Position numbers and translations under genes: made by a program. A stretch of DNA of 64,000 nt from Candidatus Shapirobacteria bacterium. GTDB taxonomy: Bacteria > Patescibacteriota > Microgenomatia > UBA12405. The DNA lies in NCBI GenBank assembly GCA_003542615.1, contig DPKG01000014.1:8521-72520 (forward strand), read 5' to 3'. A model generated the notes under the pieces. That model worked only from the letters and a program-made list of their open reading frames with translations. It searched no databases and was not told the DNA's origin. Shown here piece by piece: positions 1 to 9,123 of the stretch (position 1 is the stretch's first letter; every line of letters begins with the position of its first letter).

Positions 1-17
1 AAGGTTAATAAATTAAC

Positions 18-1292
18 ATGAATAAAAAGAAAAAAATGATAAATCTAAAAAAATTTGAGAAAGAATTAGTGGAAGCAGCTCGATTTCAGGATAATTATGA
101 TTTTCAAACAATAAACTTAATTGCGCCAGCTAGCCCAACTCCTTTAAAATATTTAAATACGACATTAAGGCATAATGCAATTGCAGAAGGCTTGTTGGGT
201 CATAGACCTTACGCTGGAGCGGAAGGATTTAATCGAATTGAAGAAATAGCCTGCAGGTTGGCTTGTCAACAGTTTGGAGCTGACCATGCTAATGTACAAC
301 CTCACTCGGTAAGCCAGGCAAATCAAGCTGTTTATCAAGCATTACTATTAAATGGTGACAAAGTTTTAGCTATGAAATTTAGCGACGGAGGACACTTGAC
401 TCATGGTCTAAAAATAAATTTTTCTGGAAGATTTTTTAATTTTAACTTTTACGGTACGGGAAAAGATGGAAGACTTGATTACAAAGCAATCGAAAAACAA
501 GCAGTTGAATTTAAACCAAAACTAATTGTATGTGGTGCTTCTTCGTACCCAAGAGAAATTGATTTTAAAAAACTAAAGAAAATTGCAGCAAAAGTAGGGG
601 CTTATTTAATGGCGGATTTGTCACATCCTGCTGGATTAGTGGTTGCCAATAAGTTTCCCCAGCCTTTTCCCTCCTGTGACGTAGTAACTTTGACTTTAGA
701 TAAAACTATGTTGGGACCTCATGGTGGAATTATTTTGTGTAAAAAAGAACTTGAGCAAACAATAGATAAAGCTGTTCATCCAGGAACACAGTCAAGCGTA
801 CCTTTGAGACGAATATTTGAAATGGCTCAATGCTTATTAGACACAGCTAAACCATGGTTTTTAAAATACATAGACCGACTTCTGATAAATATGAAAGTTT
901 TTGAAGAAGTATTTAACAAACTCCCCGGGTTAATGGTGACGGGAGGGAGTGACACTCATTTAATGGTCTTGAATACTTATAATGTTTTGGGACTAACAGG
1001 AAAAGATTCAGAGGAAATACTAGAGAAAATTGGTATATTAACTAATAGACAAGTAGTACCAGGCGACACATTGAAGCCATATGTTGCCAGTGGAATCAGA
1101 TTGGGAGCAACTTGGATTACAGCAAGAGGTTATCGGCCCGAAGAGGTAAATCTTATCGGTAAAATAATTCTAAAGAATTTAACAAACCCGAATGATAAAA
1201 AAATTCAAAAAGAATCGAAAGCAAAATTGGAAAATCTATTATGGGTTAAAAGAAAAAATGATGTTTGGAAAGATGAAACCACCACGATATAG
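18..1292 (+). CDS. Serine hydroxymethyltransferase-like PLP enzyme (divergent)
   Basis: SHMT motifs NVQPHS.SQAN, GGHLTHG and SGIRLG; PLP lysine in TLTLDKTMLGPHGG; several canonical residues are altered. The start may be ATG 36. Confidence 0.85.
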   Translation: MNKKKKMINLKKFEKELVEAARFQDNYDFQTINLIAPASPTPLKYLNTTLRHNAIAEGLLGHRPYAGAEGFNRIEEIACRLACQQFGADHANVQPHSVSQANQAVYQALLLNGDKVLAMKFSDGGHLTHGLKINFSGRFFNFNFYGTGKDGRLDYKAIEKQAVEFKPKLIVCGASSYPREIDFKKLKKIAAKVGAYLMADLSHPAGLVVANKFPQPFPSCDVVTLTLDKTMLGPHGGIILCKKELEQTIDKAVHPGTQSSVPLRRIFEMAQCLLDTAKPWFLKYIDRLLINMKVFEEVFNKLPGLMVTGGSDTHLMVLNTYNVLGLTGKDSEEILEKIGILTNRQVVPGDTLKPYVASGIRLGATWITARGYRPEEVNLIGKIILKNLTNPNDKKIQKESKAKLENLLWVKRKNDVWKDETTTI

Positions 1293-1950
1293 ATTTAAGT
1301 TCCCAAATACAGTTTTATTTATTAGCGGAATTCCACTTTCTGGGAAATCGACAGTAACTCCGTTAGTTGCAACAGACATTGAAGGTTGTGCTACTCAATC
1401 AATGGATATTTTCAGACTACTCTCGCAGGAATTTGAAAACAGAAAAAAGTTGTCCGACCGGAACCCATTTGTTAAGTTTGGTTCGTGCGATAGCTATCAA
1501 AATATTGGTAAAGGTGAATATACGCCAAAAAATCTAGTTATAGGATTCAACAAGTATGCCGAGGCAGTAAGTTCTTTATTACCTCTTGTATTACCAAAGT
1601 TAGAAGCGCAAGGAGTACGGGACATAATTTTTGAGGGAGTACAATTAACTCCATTGATCGTTGAACCATATCTAAGAAATAGAAACAAATTAATTATTTT
1701 AACTACAAAAGAAGAAAGATTAAATCTTAACCGAACTAAGATATTCGGAAATGATAAACAATTGTTAGAAAGATATTCTACTGACAAACTGTTTATATTG
1801 CAAAACGAGTTAATAAAACAGTCAAAACAGATTAATAATAGTTCTTTTACATTGGTTGAAAATATTGATGACTATCATATAACAGCAAATATAATTATTG
1901 ATTTTTTGGAGAAGGCAGATGTTATAGAGACGTTGACAGACAATAAATGA
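1273..1950 (+). CDS. P-loop kinase (2-phosphoglycerate/nucleoside kinase-like)
   Basis: Walker A GIPLSGKS and IIFEG Walker-B-like motif; likely start MKPPRY overlaps the end of the upstream gene. Confidence 0.7.
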   Translation: MKPPRYRFKFPNTVLFISGIPLSGKSTVTPLVATDIEGCATQSMDIFRLLSQEFENRKKLSDRNPFVKFGSCDSYQNIGKGEYTPKNLVIGFNKYAEAVSSLLPLVLPKLEAQGVRDIIFEGVQLTPLIVEPYLRNRNKLIILTTKEERLNLNRTKIFGNDKQLLERYSTDKLFILQNELIKQSKQINNSSFTLVENIDDYHITANIIIDFLEKADVIETLTDNK

Positions 1951-2631
1951 TGGAAAAATTAATTAAACAAATTAATGGAGACAGGGCAGAAAAGAGATAT
2001 TTTAATGAGGTATTCTTTAACCAGCTATTTTCTGCAATTTCAGTTCCATTACTTGGAATTAACCCACAATTAAAGCAAATCACTTTATAAAATATACAAA
2101 GAATCTTTCAGTAACTCAGATTTGAAGATTATAGGAGGACATTTAGCATTAATACACAGGAAATGTCAGAAATATTCTAATGTTTGGCCACTAGGAATTT
2201 TAGAGAGATACAATATCATAGAAAAGTATTCAGAATTAATAACTAGTTCTAAAGAGAGAATCGCAAGTCCCAAGATTGGATTGACGCATGGTGATTACAG
2301 ACTTAGAAATATATTGAAAGATGAAGAAAAGATTTATATTTCAGATTGGGAGTTTGGTGGACTCAATTTTATTTATTGATATTTGGCTATATTTTGGGCA
2401 GATTTTCTTCACAATCAATTCCGTAATAATTATGGCCGTCTATATTTAATAAATTTTATTGAAGGTTATATGGGTAAGAATTATTTATCTGACGATAAGC
2501 TAAATTTTTCTCTTACATTGGGGGGAGTCGATGTAGTTTTTGATCATATTAGTCCAAGAGTTGGTGAAAAAAACCTGAGTCAAATATATTGTTTGAAAAT
2601 ATTACAAAGAAAGAGATTGACTTCTTATTAG
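1947..2631 (+). pseudogene. Disrupted aminoglycoside/choline phosphotransferase-like gene
   Basis: HGDY..RN and DWE kinase motifs in 2122-2379; in-frame TGA at 2377-2379 before 2383-2631; the N-terminal piece from ATG 1947 is in another frame and stops near 2088. Confidence 0.65.
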
Positions 2632-2658
2632 ATATAAGCTCAACGAACTTGAAATGAT

Positions 2659-3660
2659 TTATAAATTACCAATGGCTATTGCCAATTGACGAACTTCTTC
2701 ATTATTTAATCGGCTAAACGGTTTACTCAAAATTTCCATTGGTAGACCGATTCTGGCAACTAAAGTACCAATTTCCCCAGTTAATTCGTTGTTCACACTT
2801 CTATGACCTACTGGTAATTTATTTAAATCAATAGCCATTCTTTTTAACTCAACATTTATTTGTCTCCTTTCATATCGGTGCGACAAGTCTTTCCTTAATT
2901 GTTTTCCCATCTCCGAACCCGAAGAAAATCCATTTAACACTTTGGCTAGGGTTAGACTTTCTTTTTGGCTTAAAATTATTCTCTTTCTCAATTGAAATCC
3001 GTACATTTTTCCATCTTCCGGATATTCTTTCGGTGACAATGAAATAACATCAGCGTCTGTTCTTGGTACCGGCCAAAAACTAGTTCGGGGAACATGAACA
3101 GTTCGATTGACATCAAATATTCCACAGATAAATGACAATCTAGTATATCGATCATCGTTTGGATTTCTCATGGTCATAATCGACGCCATATTGTCACCTA
3201 CTAATAATGTTATTCTTTCAATCTTATCGGATACGACAGACAAGGTTGTTAATAATGGTTCAGATATATTAAAAGGGATGTTTCCTATCACCTGATGTCT
3301 TGCTTCTCTGTCAATATTTAACCATTTTTTAAAATCAAAATTAAGGGCGTTCTGATTAACAATCTTAACATTATCAATACCTTTTAATATTTTTTCTTGT
3401 GCTTCAGCAAAATCAGGAAATATTTCCAATCCTATAACACTGCTAGCTCTTTTGGCAATTCCTTTAGTTATATTTCCAGGACCACACCCAATTTCCACCA
3501 CATCCGCACCCTCAATTGTTAAAGAGGCTACTGCTTTCACCATTGCCGGATCAACTAAAAAGTTTTGACCCAACTTTTCCACCGGTTCAAAATTCAACTC
3601 GTCTTTTAGTTGTTTTTCGCTTATAGGACTAAACGAATCTTCCTTTCTCATGACTCCCAT
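2659..3660 (-). CDS. rRNA adenine dimethyltransferase (KsgA/Erm family) with C-terminal extension
   Basis: LGQNFL, EIGCGPG, GNIPFNIS and F.P.P.TD motifs; likely start ATG 3660. Confidence 0.8.
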   Translation of the reverse strand: MGVMRKEDSFSPISEKQLKDELNFEPVEKLGQNFLVDPAMVKAVASLTIEGADVVEIGCGPGNITKGIAKRASSVIGLEIFPDFAEAQEKILKGIDNVKIVNQNALNFDFKKWLNIDREARHQVIGNIPFNISEPLLTTLSVVSDKIERITLLVGDNMASIMTMRNPNDDRYTRLSFICGIFDVNRTVHVPRTSFWPVPRTDADVISLSPKEYPEDGKMYGFQLRKRIILSQKESLTLAKVLNGFSSGSEMGKQLRKDLSHRYERRQINVELKRMAIDLNKLPVGHRSVNNELTGEIGTLVARIGLPMEILSKPFSRLNNEEVRQLAIAIGNL

Positions 3661-3721
3661 TGTATAATAATATAGGTCATTTGTAAATACACAATTATTG
3701 AAAAATAGTTTATAATAAGCC

Positions 3722-4672
3722 ATGATTCAAAGTGAATTGTCTTCAAAAGTTGAAAATATCGCCCAAAAATTAGAATTACGCCAATTAGTCGTTATTCAAT
3801 TTTTAGTGTTGATTTCTTCGAAACTTAGATACACTAGCAGGGGCTTGACAAGAAAATTAGGACTACCACAGGTACATCTTTATAGACTAATTCATGAATT
3901 TTCGGATATTTTAGAACCCAAAGATGTGAACATTGAAACCAAAAAAGATTTGACTGGAGAAATTGCTAATTATGCAAAAAAAATGTTATTAGGAATCAAA
4001 ATTAACCAAAATGCCATTAAAGAAATGATAAATAAATATCAAAAAAATAGACCAAAACCAGACCGCAATTTAGATCAATTCAACGCCACCATGGCAACAA
4101 CGGTTAAAAGAGTTACTAAGTTAGCCAGTAACGGAGACTTAGTCGGCAAAGAAATTGCTTTTTTAGGAGACGATGATTTGGTTTCAATCGGGGTGGCCCT
4201 AACCCATCAATGTAAAAAAATAACAGTTTTCGAAATTGACGACCGATTAAATAATCTTATAATACAAATATCTCAAGAAAATAACTTAAATATTGAAGTG
4301 GTTAAACAGGATCTTCGTCAGCTTATAGATAAAAGTCACTTTGGTAAATACGATCTCGTTTTTACTGATCCTCCTTATACCAAAGGGGGAATTAATTTAT
4401 TTTTAAATCAAGCGATAAAATTAATCAAGAAAAACTTTTTAGGTCGAATTTATCTTTGCTATGGAAATAGTGATCGAGCCAGAGAAAGAGAAGTAGAAAT
4501 TCAAAAACTGATACTTGATCACAATTTAATTATTAAAACAAAACTTAATCAATTTAACAAATATTATGGGGCGGAAAGTATCGGGTCGCAAAGCTCGTTG
4601 TACATTTTAGATTGGACACCGAGTACCAAAACTGTCGAATTAAATTTTAAAAAAGTTTATACAAATGACTAA
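3722..4672 (+). CDS. bpsA: Branched-chain polyamine synthase-like aminopropyltransferase (BpsA/DUF43)
   Basis: RP.PDRNLDQF, FLGDDDL.S and TDPPYT motifs; N-terminal HTH-like segment. Confidence 0.75.
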   Translation: MIQSELSSKVENIAQKLELRQLVVIQFLVLISSKLRYTSRGLTRKLGLPQVHLYRLIHEFSDILEPKDVNIETKKDLTGEIANYAKKMLLGIKINQNAIKEMINKYQKNRPKPDRNLDQFNATMATTVKRVTKLASNGDLVGKEIAFLGDDDLVSIGVALTHQCKKITVFEIDDRLNNLIIQISQENNLNIEVVKQDLRQLIDKSHFGKYDLVFTDPPYTKGGINLFLNQAIKLIKKNFLGRIYLCYGNSDRAREREVEIQKLILDHNLIIKTKLNQFNKYYGAESIGSQSSLYILDWTPSTKTVELNFKKVYTND

Positions 4673-5006
4673 TTTCCCTTTTTTTCAACACTATGTTGCC
4701 AAATTAATTTTCACCAAAGAGGTGGAAATTAATGAAAAATTAACTGATCAAATTGCTAATTCATTGATTAAAAACCTTAGATTAAATGTGGTTAAACAAG
4801 GAAAACATCAGTTTACAAATAATGGTTTAACCAAATTTTGGATTTTATCCCAATCACATTTAGTTATCCACTCTTGGCCAGAAAATAACGCTCTTCACGT
4901 CGACTTAATGACCTGTAGTCCAATAGTCATTACTTCAAAAATTATTAAAGACTGTCTTTCTATATTTCCAATAAATGACATCTCTGTGACAAAGCTGAAA
5001 TATTAA
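4665..5006 (+). CDS. speD: Pyruvoyl-dependent S-adenosylmethionine decarboxylase family proenzyme
   Basis: LSQSHLVIHSWPE...DLMTCS matches the class 1B AdoMetDC pattern; overlaps bpsA. Confidence 0.75.
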   Translation: MTNFPFFQHYVAKLIFTKEVEINEKLTDQIANSLIKNLRLNVVKQGKHQFTNNGLTKFWILSQSHLVIHSWPENNALHVDLMTCSPIVITSKIIKDCLSIFPINDISVTKLKY

Positions 5007-5050
5007 TCTTTTTTTATACAGTCTCATCAAATCTCATCAACAAACGGTGT

Positions 5051-5089
5051 TATAAGGATAGAAAGGTTCCAGACCCTAATGCTCCGCCA
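5051..5089 (+). repeat. 39-nt tRNA-3'-end-like repeat, copy 1
   Basis: TATAAGGATAGAAAGGTTCCAGACCCTAATGCTCCGCCA; 31/39 identical to each of the other two copies. Confidence 0.85.
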
Positions 5090-5094
5090 AAGGG

Positions 5095-5340
5095 TCAAAG
5101 TTCTATGCGGCCCACTTGGTGGCCAAGCATTGTCCTAACCTGTTGGTGTTTATTCCCTAATTTCAACATTTTTCGATTTAACGGCCTGTGATAGGTGAAT
5201 TTAGCAATTTTTTGGCAATAACTCATTACCCGTATTCCATGGTTTAATCGAAAGCCGTAGCCACCACCAAATTCCCAAACGTTTTGAAAAAGTTGTTTGT
5301 ATTCTGCTTTTAATTTACTTAATAATTCGGTATTTTCCAT
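5095..5340 (-). pseudogene. Truncated HD-domain-like gene fragment
   Basis: FRLNHGIRV resembles the first His helix of HD proteins; no HD motif follows. Confidence 0.4.
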
Positions 5341-5356
5341 ATGTTAAGATCATATC

Positions 5357-5971
5357 ATGAAAGTCTATTTTGTCCGCCATGGTTCCACCGATTCTTTGGA
5401 AAAGAAAATCAGTCAACCGAATGATGAGCCACTAAATCAAAAAGGTCTTAATCAAGCGAAAGGGCTGGCAGAAAGATTTGCAAAAACACAATTAGACTTG
5501 ATTGTTTCGAGTTCTCATCTTCGGGCAGTTCAAACAGCCAAAGCCATAAATGAGGAAATCCAGATTAGTGAATTATTCGTCGAAGTACGAAAACCTAGTG
5601 AGGTAATCGGTCGATCAAAAGAGGATGGAGAAATAAAAGTAATTCTTCAAAGGATAAGTGAAATGTACACCAAAAATCCTAATTGGCATTATTCGGATGA
5701 AGAGAATTTTGAAGATTTGAAAAAGCGGGGAATGCAGGCTTTGGAGTTTTTGAAATCACAGAACAAAGAAAATATTTTAGTAGTTTCTCATGGTCACTTT
5801 GTGGCCTTATTATTAGGGCTGATGTTATTTGGGAAAGAATTTCCGGTTGAGGCAGCTTTACTATTCAGAAATTTTTTTAGATTTGGCAATACCGGAGTGT
5901 CTATTTGTAAATATGAGGATAATAAATGGAAACTGCAGTGTTGGAATGACACATCACACTTACTGGAGTAA
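5357..5971 (+). CDS. Histidine phosphatase (phosphoglycerate mutase family)
   Basis: VRHG, SS.HLRA.QTA, VVSHG and WND.SHL motifs. Confidence 0.9.
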   Translation: MKVYFVRHGSTDSLEKKISQPNDEPLNQKGLNQAKGLAERFAKTQLDLIVSSSHLRAVQTAKAINEEIQISELFVEVRKPSEVIGRSKEDGEIKVILQRISEMYTKNPNWHYSDEENFEDLKKRGMQALEFLKSQNKENILVVSHGHFVALLLGLMLFGKEFPVEAALLFRNFFRFGNTGVSICKYEDNKWKLQCWNDTSHLLE

Positions 5972-5975
5972 GGAT

Positions 5976-6497
5976 TCAAAAAAAATCTTTGGCATGTTTC
6001 GTTAATTGTTCAAAGTCGTCATAGTCATGAGTATTATTACCGGTATTTTTTATCAGATGATAATCAGCTGGGTTATTTTCTTTAAGGACCTTTACGAGAT
6101 CAGCAAAACTAAATAAAAAATCAAACTCATTTTGAATAAACATGGCGGGAATAGTCAATGACTTTAAATAATCATTGATGGGGAAGTTCATTTCTTTGGC
6201 TAAATTATATGGATGGCCGCAAATTATTATCTTTTTGGGACTAATTATTTTTTCATAAATACTTTTTAGAGCCAGAACTGAACCGATGGACTTGGCAAAG
6301 ACAAAATAATCTCTTTTGTCTTTAAGCAACTCTGTTAATTTTTCCGATTCTTTTTGAAGATTTATCCATTTGTCTCCGGTTTGCCAGTGATCGTAATACA
6401 GAATTTGACCGTCTGAAAATTTATCAAATTCTGCTTTAACTTCTTCAATCCAGATTTTATTATTTAGGCTATTACCGGCGAGATAAATGATGTGCAT
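5976..6497 (-). CDS. Alpha/beta hydrolase fold protein
   Basis: AKSIG nucleophile elbow; C-terminal His (NTHDY). Confidence 0.65.
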   Translation of the reverse strand: MHIIYLAGNSLNNKIWIEEVKAEFDKFSDGQILYYDHWQTGDKWINLQKESEKLTELLKDKRDYFVFAKSIGSVLALKSIYEKIISPKKIIICGHPYNLAKEMNFPINDYLKSLTIPAMFIQNEFDFLFSFADLVKVLKENNPADYHLIKNTGNNTHDYDDFEQLTKHAKDFF

Positions 6498-6633
6498 TTA
6501 TAGGGTAATTATATACTAGATTCGGTAAAGTATAGTTTGAGTAACAAACTTGTTTAATTTAGATCATCGTTTTAATACACTCCTTTAAACGGTGTTATAA
6601 AACCATCAAACTTCCACCTACAAGTTCAAGTTT

Positions 6634-6789
6634 TTAGTAGTCGGTACCGGTAAAAGGACATTCCCCATATTGATTGGATGGACCGGTAGAATTTTCACCC
6701 ACTAACTGATCCCCGCCTGCAAGTACGGACTGGGCAGAAAAAATAAAAACAACTGAAAATATGAACAAGGACAATATAATTTTTTTCAT
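6634..6789 (-). CDS. Small secreted peptide, 51 aa (not in ORF track)
   Basis: Manual translation MKKIILSLFIFSVVFIFSAQSVLA-GGDQLVGENSTGPSNQYGECPFTGTDY; classic signal peptide. Confidence 0.7.
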   Translation of the reverse strand: MKKIILSLFIFSVVFIFSAQSVLAGGDQLVGENSTGPSNQYGECPFTGTDY

Positions 6790-6811
6790 AAAATAAAAAT
6801 TAATAAGCTAC

Positions 6812-6843
6812 TATTAATACGAAAAGGTAAAGGTTTTATTACA
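6812..6843 (-). promoter_or_regulatory. Putative ECF-sigma promoter of the small secreted peptide
   Basis: TGTAAT-N16-CGTATTAAT on the minus strand, SigW/SigX-like and similar to the motifs at 38.1 and 39.4 kb. Confidence 0.45.
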
Positions 6844-6927
6844 AATAGAAAATTGACTGGAAAAATTGCTTTAGGAGAAAGTTGATTTATTCGTATGGTA
6901 TTGTAACAATAGTTTACAATACCTAAT

Positions 6928-7557
6928 ATGGCTATAAGAAAAAAACTAATCAAAAGACTTAAAAGAATACAGGAGGAATTGAATATTCCCCATATTCCAA
7001 TTACGAGACTGGAAAATCTCAGTATTGAAACCAGAAAAGCCTTTGATGAATCAATCAAATACTTGATGGTTAAGCGCGGTTTGTTTAAAAAAGTTAAGGT
7101 AAGACGGGATTATTTGAAACTATGGCGTCACAGAGAGAATCAGATAGTTTTGCCGATTAACTGGCGATATATTTTGAGCATACCCTTTATTTATGGGATG
7201 ATTGTGCCGGCAATTGTGTGGAATTTAGGACTGGAAATTTATCATCAAATTTGTTTCCGGCTTTATGGAATTCCACTGGTTGATGCGGAAAAATACTTTA
7301 TTTATGACCGACAATTAATGTCATATTTAAACTGGTGGGAAAAAATAAATTGTTATTATTGTTCGTATGTAAACAACCTGATTAGTTACAGTTCTGAAAT
7401 TGGCGGAAGAACCGAGCGTTATTGGTGTCCGATTAAATATTTCAGACGGGTAAATAATGCCCATTCTCAATATCCGAAATTTATTGACGGGAAAAACAAA
7501 GATGAGATTTATGAAAAGTGGGGTTTGCTTCGTAATTTTTCTGATATTGATAAATAG
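6928..7557 (+). CDS. Conserved hypothetical membrane protein with Cys motifs
   Basis: One TM segment; NCYYCSY and ERYWCPIK motifs. Confidence 0.7.
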   Translation: MAIRKKLIKRLKRIQEELNIPHIPITRLENLSIETRKAFDESIKYLMVKRGLFKKVKVRRDYLKLWRHRENQIVLPINWRYILSIPFIYGMIVPAIVWNLGLEIYHQICFRLYGIPLVDAEKYFIYDRQLMSYLNWWEKINCYYCSYVNNLISYSSEIGGRTERYWCPIKYFRRVNNAHSQYPKFIDGKNKDEIYEKWGLLRNFSDIDK

Positions 7558-7591
7558 AGAGACGGTGACAGTGGATTAAAATATTGATAAG

Positions 7592-8155
7592 ATGATAGTA
7601 ATGAATGATGAGGAGAAAAAAGTAAATCCAACAGAAGAAATAACCGATGACGGGATGGAGGAAAAAGTATTAATGGTTTGGGAAGCGGCTGAGAGAGCGT
7701 TTAAGAGAAGGGATAGGGATTTTTGGATAACGGCTATTGCGATATTGGTATTAGTGGGAGTGATATTTTTTATGATTGGAGAATTTTTTCTGGTGATTGC
7801 ACTGGCATCGATTTTATTTTTGGCATATGTACTTTCGACGGTACCTCCGGAGAATGTGGTCTGTAAAATTACAAATAGGGGGATATATTTCGGAGATTCG
7901 CATTATGGTTGGGACTTGTTGGAAAGGTTTTGGTTTAAAAAATCTTTGGATAGTGACGCGGTATTTTTTGAGACTAGGTTGAGATTTCCCAGACAGGTAT
8001 CGATGATAATCGATAAGTCAAGTGAAGAGAAAATTAAAGAAATTGTTATAAAGAGAATTCCGATGATGGAAAGTTCACCTTCAACAGTTGATAAGCTGAC
8101 CAATTGGTTTGCCCAAAGATTGCCTTTGGAGGATAGAAAGGAAAAATCCGAATAA
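7592..8155 (+). CDS. Hypothetical 2-TM membrane protein (CPR-type, PH-like C-terminus)
   Basis: Two hydrophobic helices followed by a soluble domain. Confidence 0.7.
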   Translation: MIVMNDEEKKVNPTEEITDDGMEEKVLMVWEAAERAFKRRDRDFWITAIAILVLVGVIFFMIGEFFLVIALASILFLAYVLSTVPPENVVCKITNRGIYFGDSHYGWDLLERFWFKKSLDSDAVFFETRLRFPRQVSMIIDKSSEEKIKEIVIKRIPMMESSPSTVDKLTNWFAQRLPLEDRKEKSE

Positions 8156-8197
8156 AGAAGAAATTGAAGGATTTTTGAGGTATAATTCAACATTATT

Positions 8198-8269
8198 GCG
8201 CCCATAGTTTAATGGATAGAATAGCGGTTTGCGGAACCGTTGATCCGGGTTCGATTCCTGGTGGGCGCA
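8198..8269 (+). tRNA. tRNA-Arg(GCG)
   Basis: Acceptor GCGCCCA/TGGGCGC; anticodon arm GCGGT-TTGCGGA-ACCGT; GGTTCGATTCC T arm; no encoded CCA. Confidence 0.93.
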
Positions 8270-8299
8270 CATATTAAAGCCATTGTTTTGGTGAATTTT

Positions 8300-8383
8300 G
8301 GAGGGTTGGCCGAGTGGTTTATGGCGCACGCTTCGAAAGCGTGTGGGCGAAAGCCCGCAGAGGTTCAAATCCTCTACCCTCCG
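8300..8383 (+). tRNA. tRNA-Ser(CGA)
   Basis: Acceptor GGAGGGT/ACCCTCC; CACGC-TTCGAAA-GCGTG anticodon arm; long variable arm GGGCGAAAGCCC. Confidence 0.95.
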
Positions 8384-8388
8384 CTAAA

Positions 8389-9060
8389 ATGATAAATCTA
8401 AAAGATAAACTTTCCCACATCATTACTTCAAGGCCAGATGTAATTCAGTTTGCCAAAGACAGGAAGTATGAAGAGGCATGGATTATTAAATTAAGTGACA
8501 AAAAGCCAACTGAAGTAGACATTGAAAGATATTTAAAAAAAGACAAGTTTGAAACGATAATTGTTGAATATATTTGGAATTCCCAAGACGATAATAATCG
8601 GTTTGTTTTGACTTTGTTTCTTGACAAAAAATGTAAACTTCAGGACCCAAAGAAATTTATCGAGATATCGTTAGATCTTTTCTATACTTATTCTAATTTC
8701 GAGGATTTTTTGAACATTATTGATAATCAGATTATTGGATCGGAATATTTACTGTTAAATCAAACTGACTCGATAAATTTAGGTGTTTTTAATTATTGGC
8801 TGTCGGTAGGACCAGTTGATCTATGGAGTAAAAAAGAAATATATGACTTTGAAAAAATTAAATCAAAAATAAAAACACGACCGGAAATTGAAAGAACAGA
8901 TCTAAACTATCAAGGATTGTTGTTTAGGTTTAACGTAAGTGGAATTCTTGATGGTCCTTATTATGGAATTAAAACCCCGTGTTGTAACAAAATTGGAAAT
9001 GATTGGGTGATAGACTTTGATAAAGTTGAATATTGGACTAAATTGATGTTAGGGATATAA
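8389..9060 (+). CDS. Hypothetical protein (orphan directly downstream of tRNA-Ser)
   Basis: ATG 5 nt after the tRNA discriminator base; the stop codon lies inside repeat copy 2. Confidence 0.75.
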   Translation: MINLKDKLSHIITSRPDVIQFAKDRKYEEAWIIKLSDKKPTEVDIERYLKKDKFETIIVEYIWNSQDDNNRFVLTLFLDKKCKLQDPKKFIEISLDLFYTYSNFEDFLNIIDNQIIGSEYLLLNQTDSINLGVFNYWLSVGPVDLWSKKEIYDFEKIKSKIKTRPEIERTDLNYQGLLFRFNVSGILDGPYYGIKTPCCNKIGNDWVIDFDKVEYWTKLMLGI

Positions 9061-9094
9061 GGATAGAAAAGTTCCAAACTCATCTACTCCGCAA
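9056..9094 (+). repeat. 39-nt tRNA-3'-end-like repeat, copy 2
   Basis: TATAAGGATAGAAAAGTTCCAAACTCATCTACTCCGCAA. Confidence 0.85.
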
Positions 9095-9123
9095 TAATTT
9101 ATAAAATAAATATAAAAGTATAT

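Noticed and set aside
33-50. 18-bp match AAAATGATAAATCTAAAA with 8386-8403
   Set aside because: It is low-complexity A-rich sequence at two start regions with no flanking similarity, so probably chance.
2377-2379. In-frame TGA suggesting genetic code 25 or selenocysteine
   Set aside because: TGA ends many intact genes here (for example 1950, 42961, 44709, 56682), and the same gene also has a frameshift, so decay is the simpler explanation.
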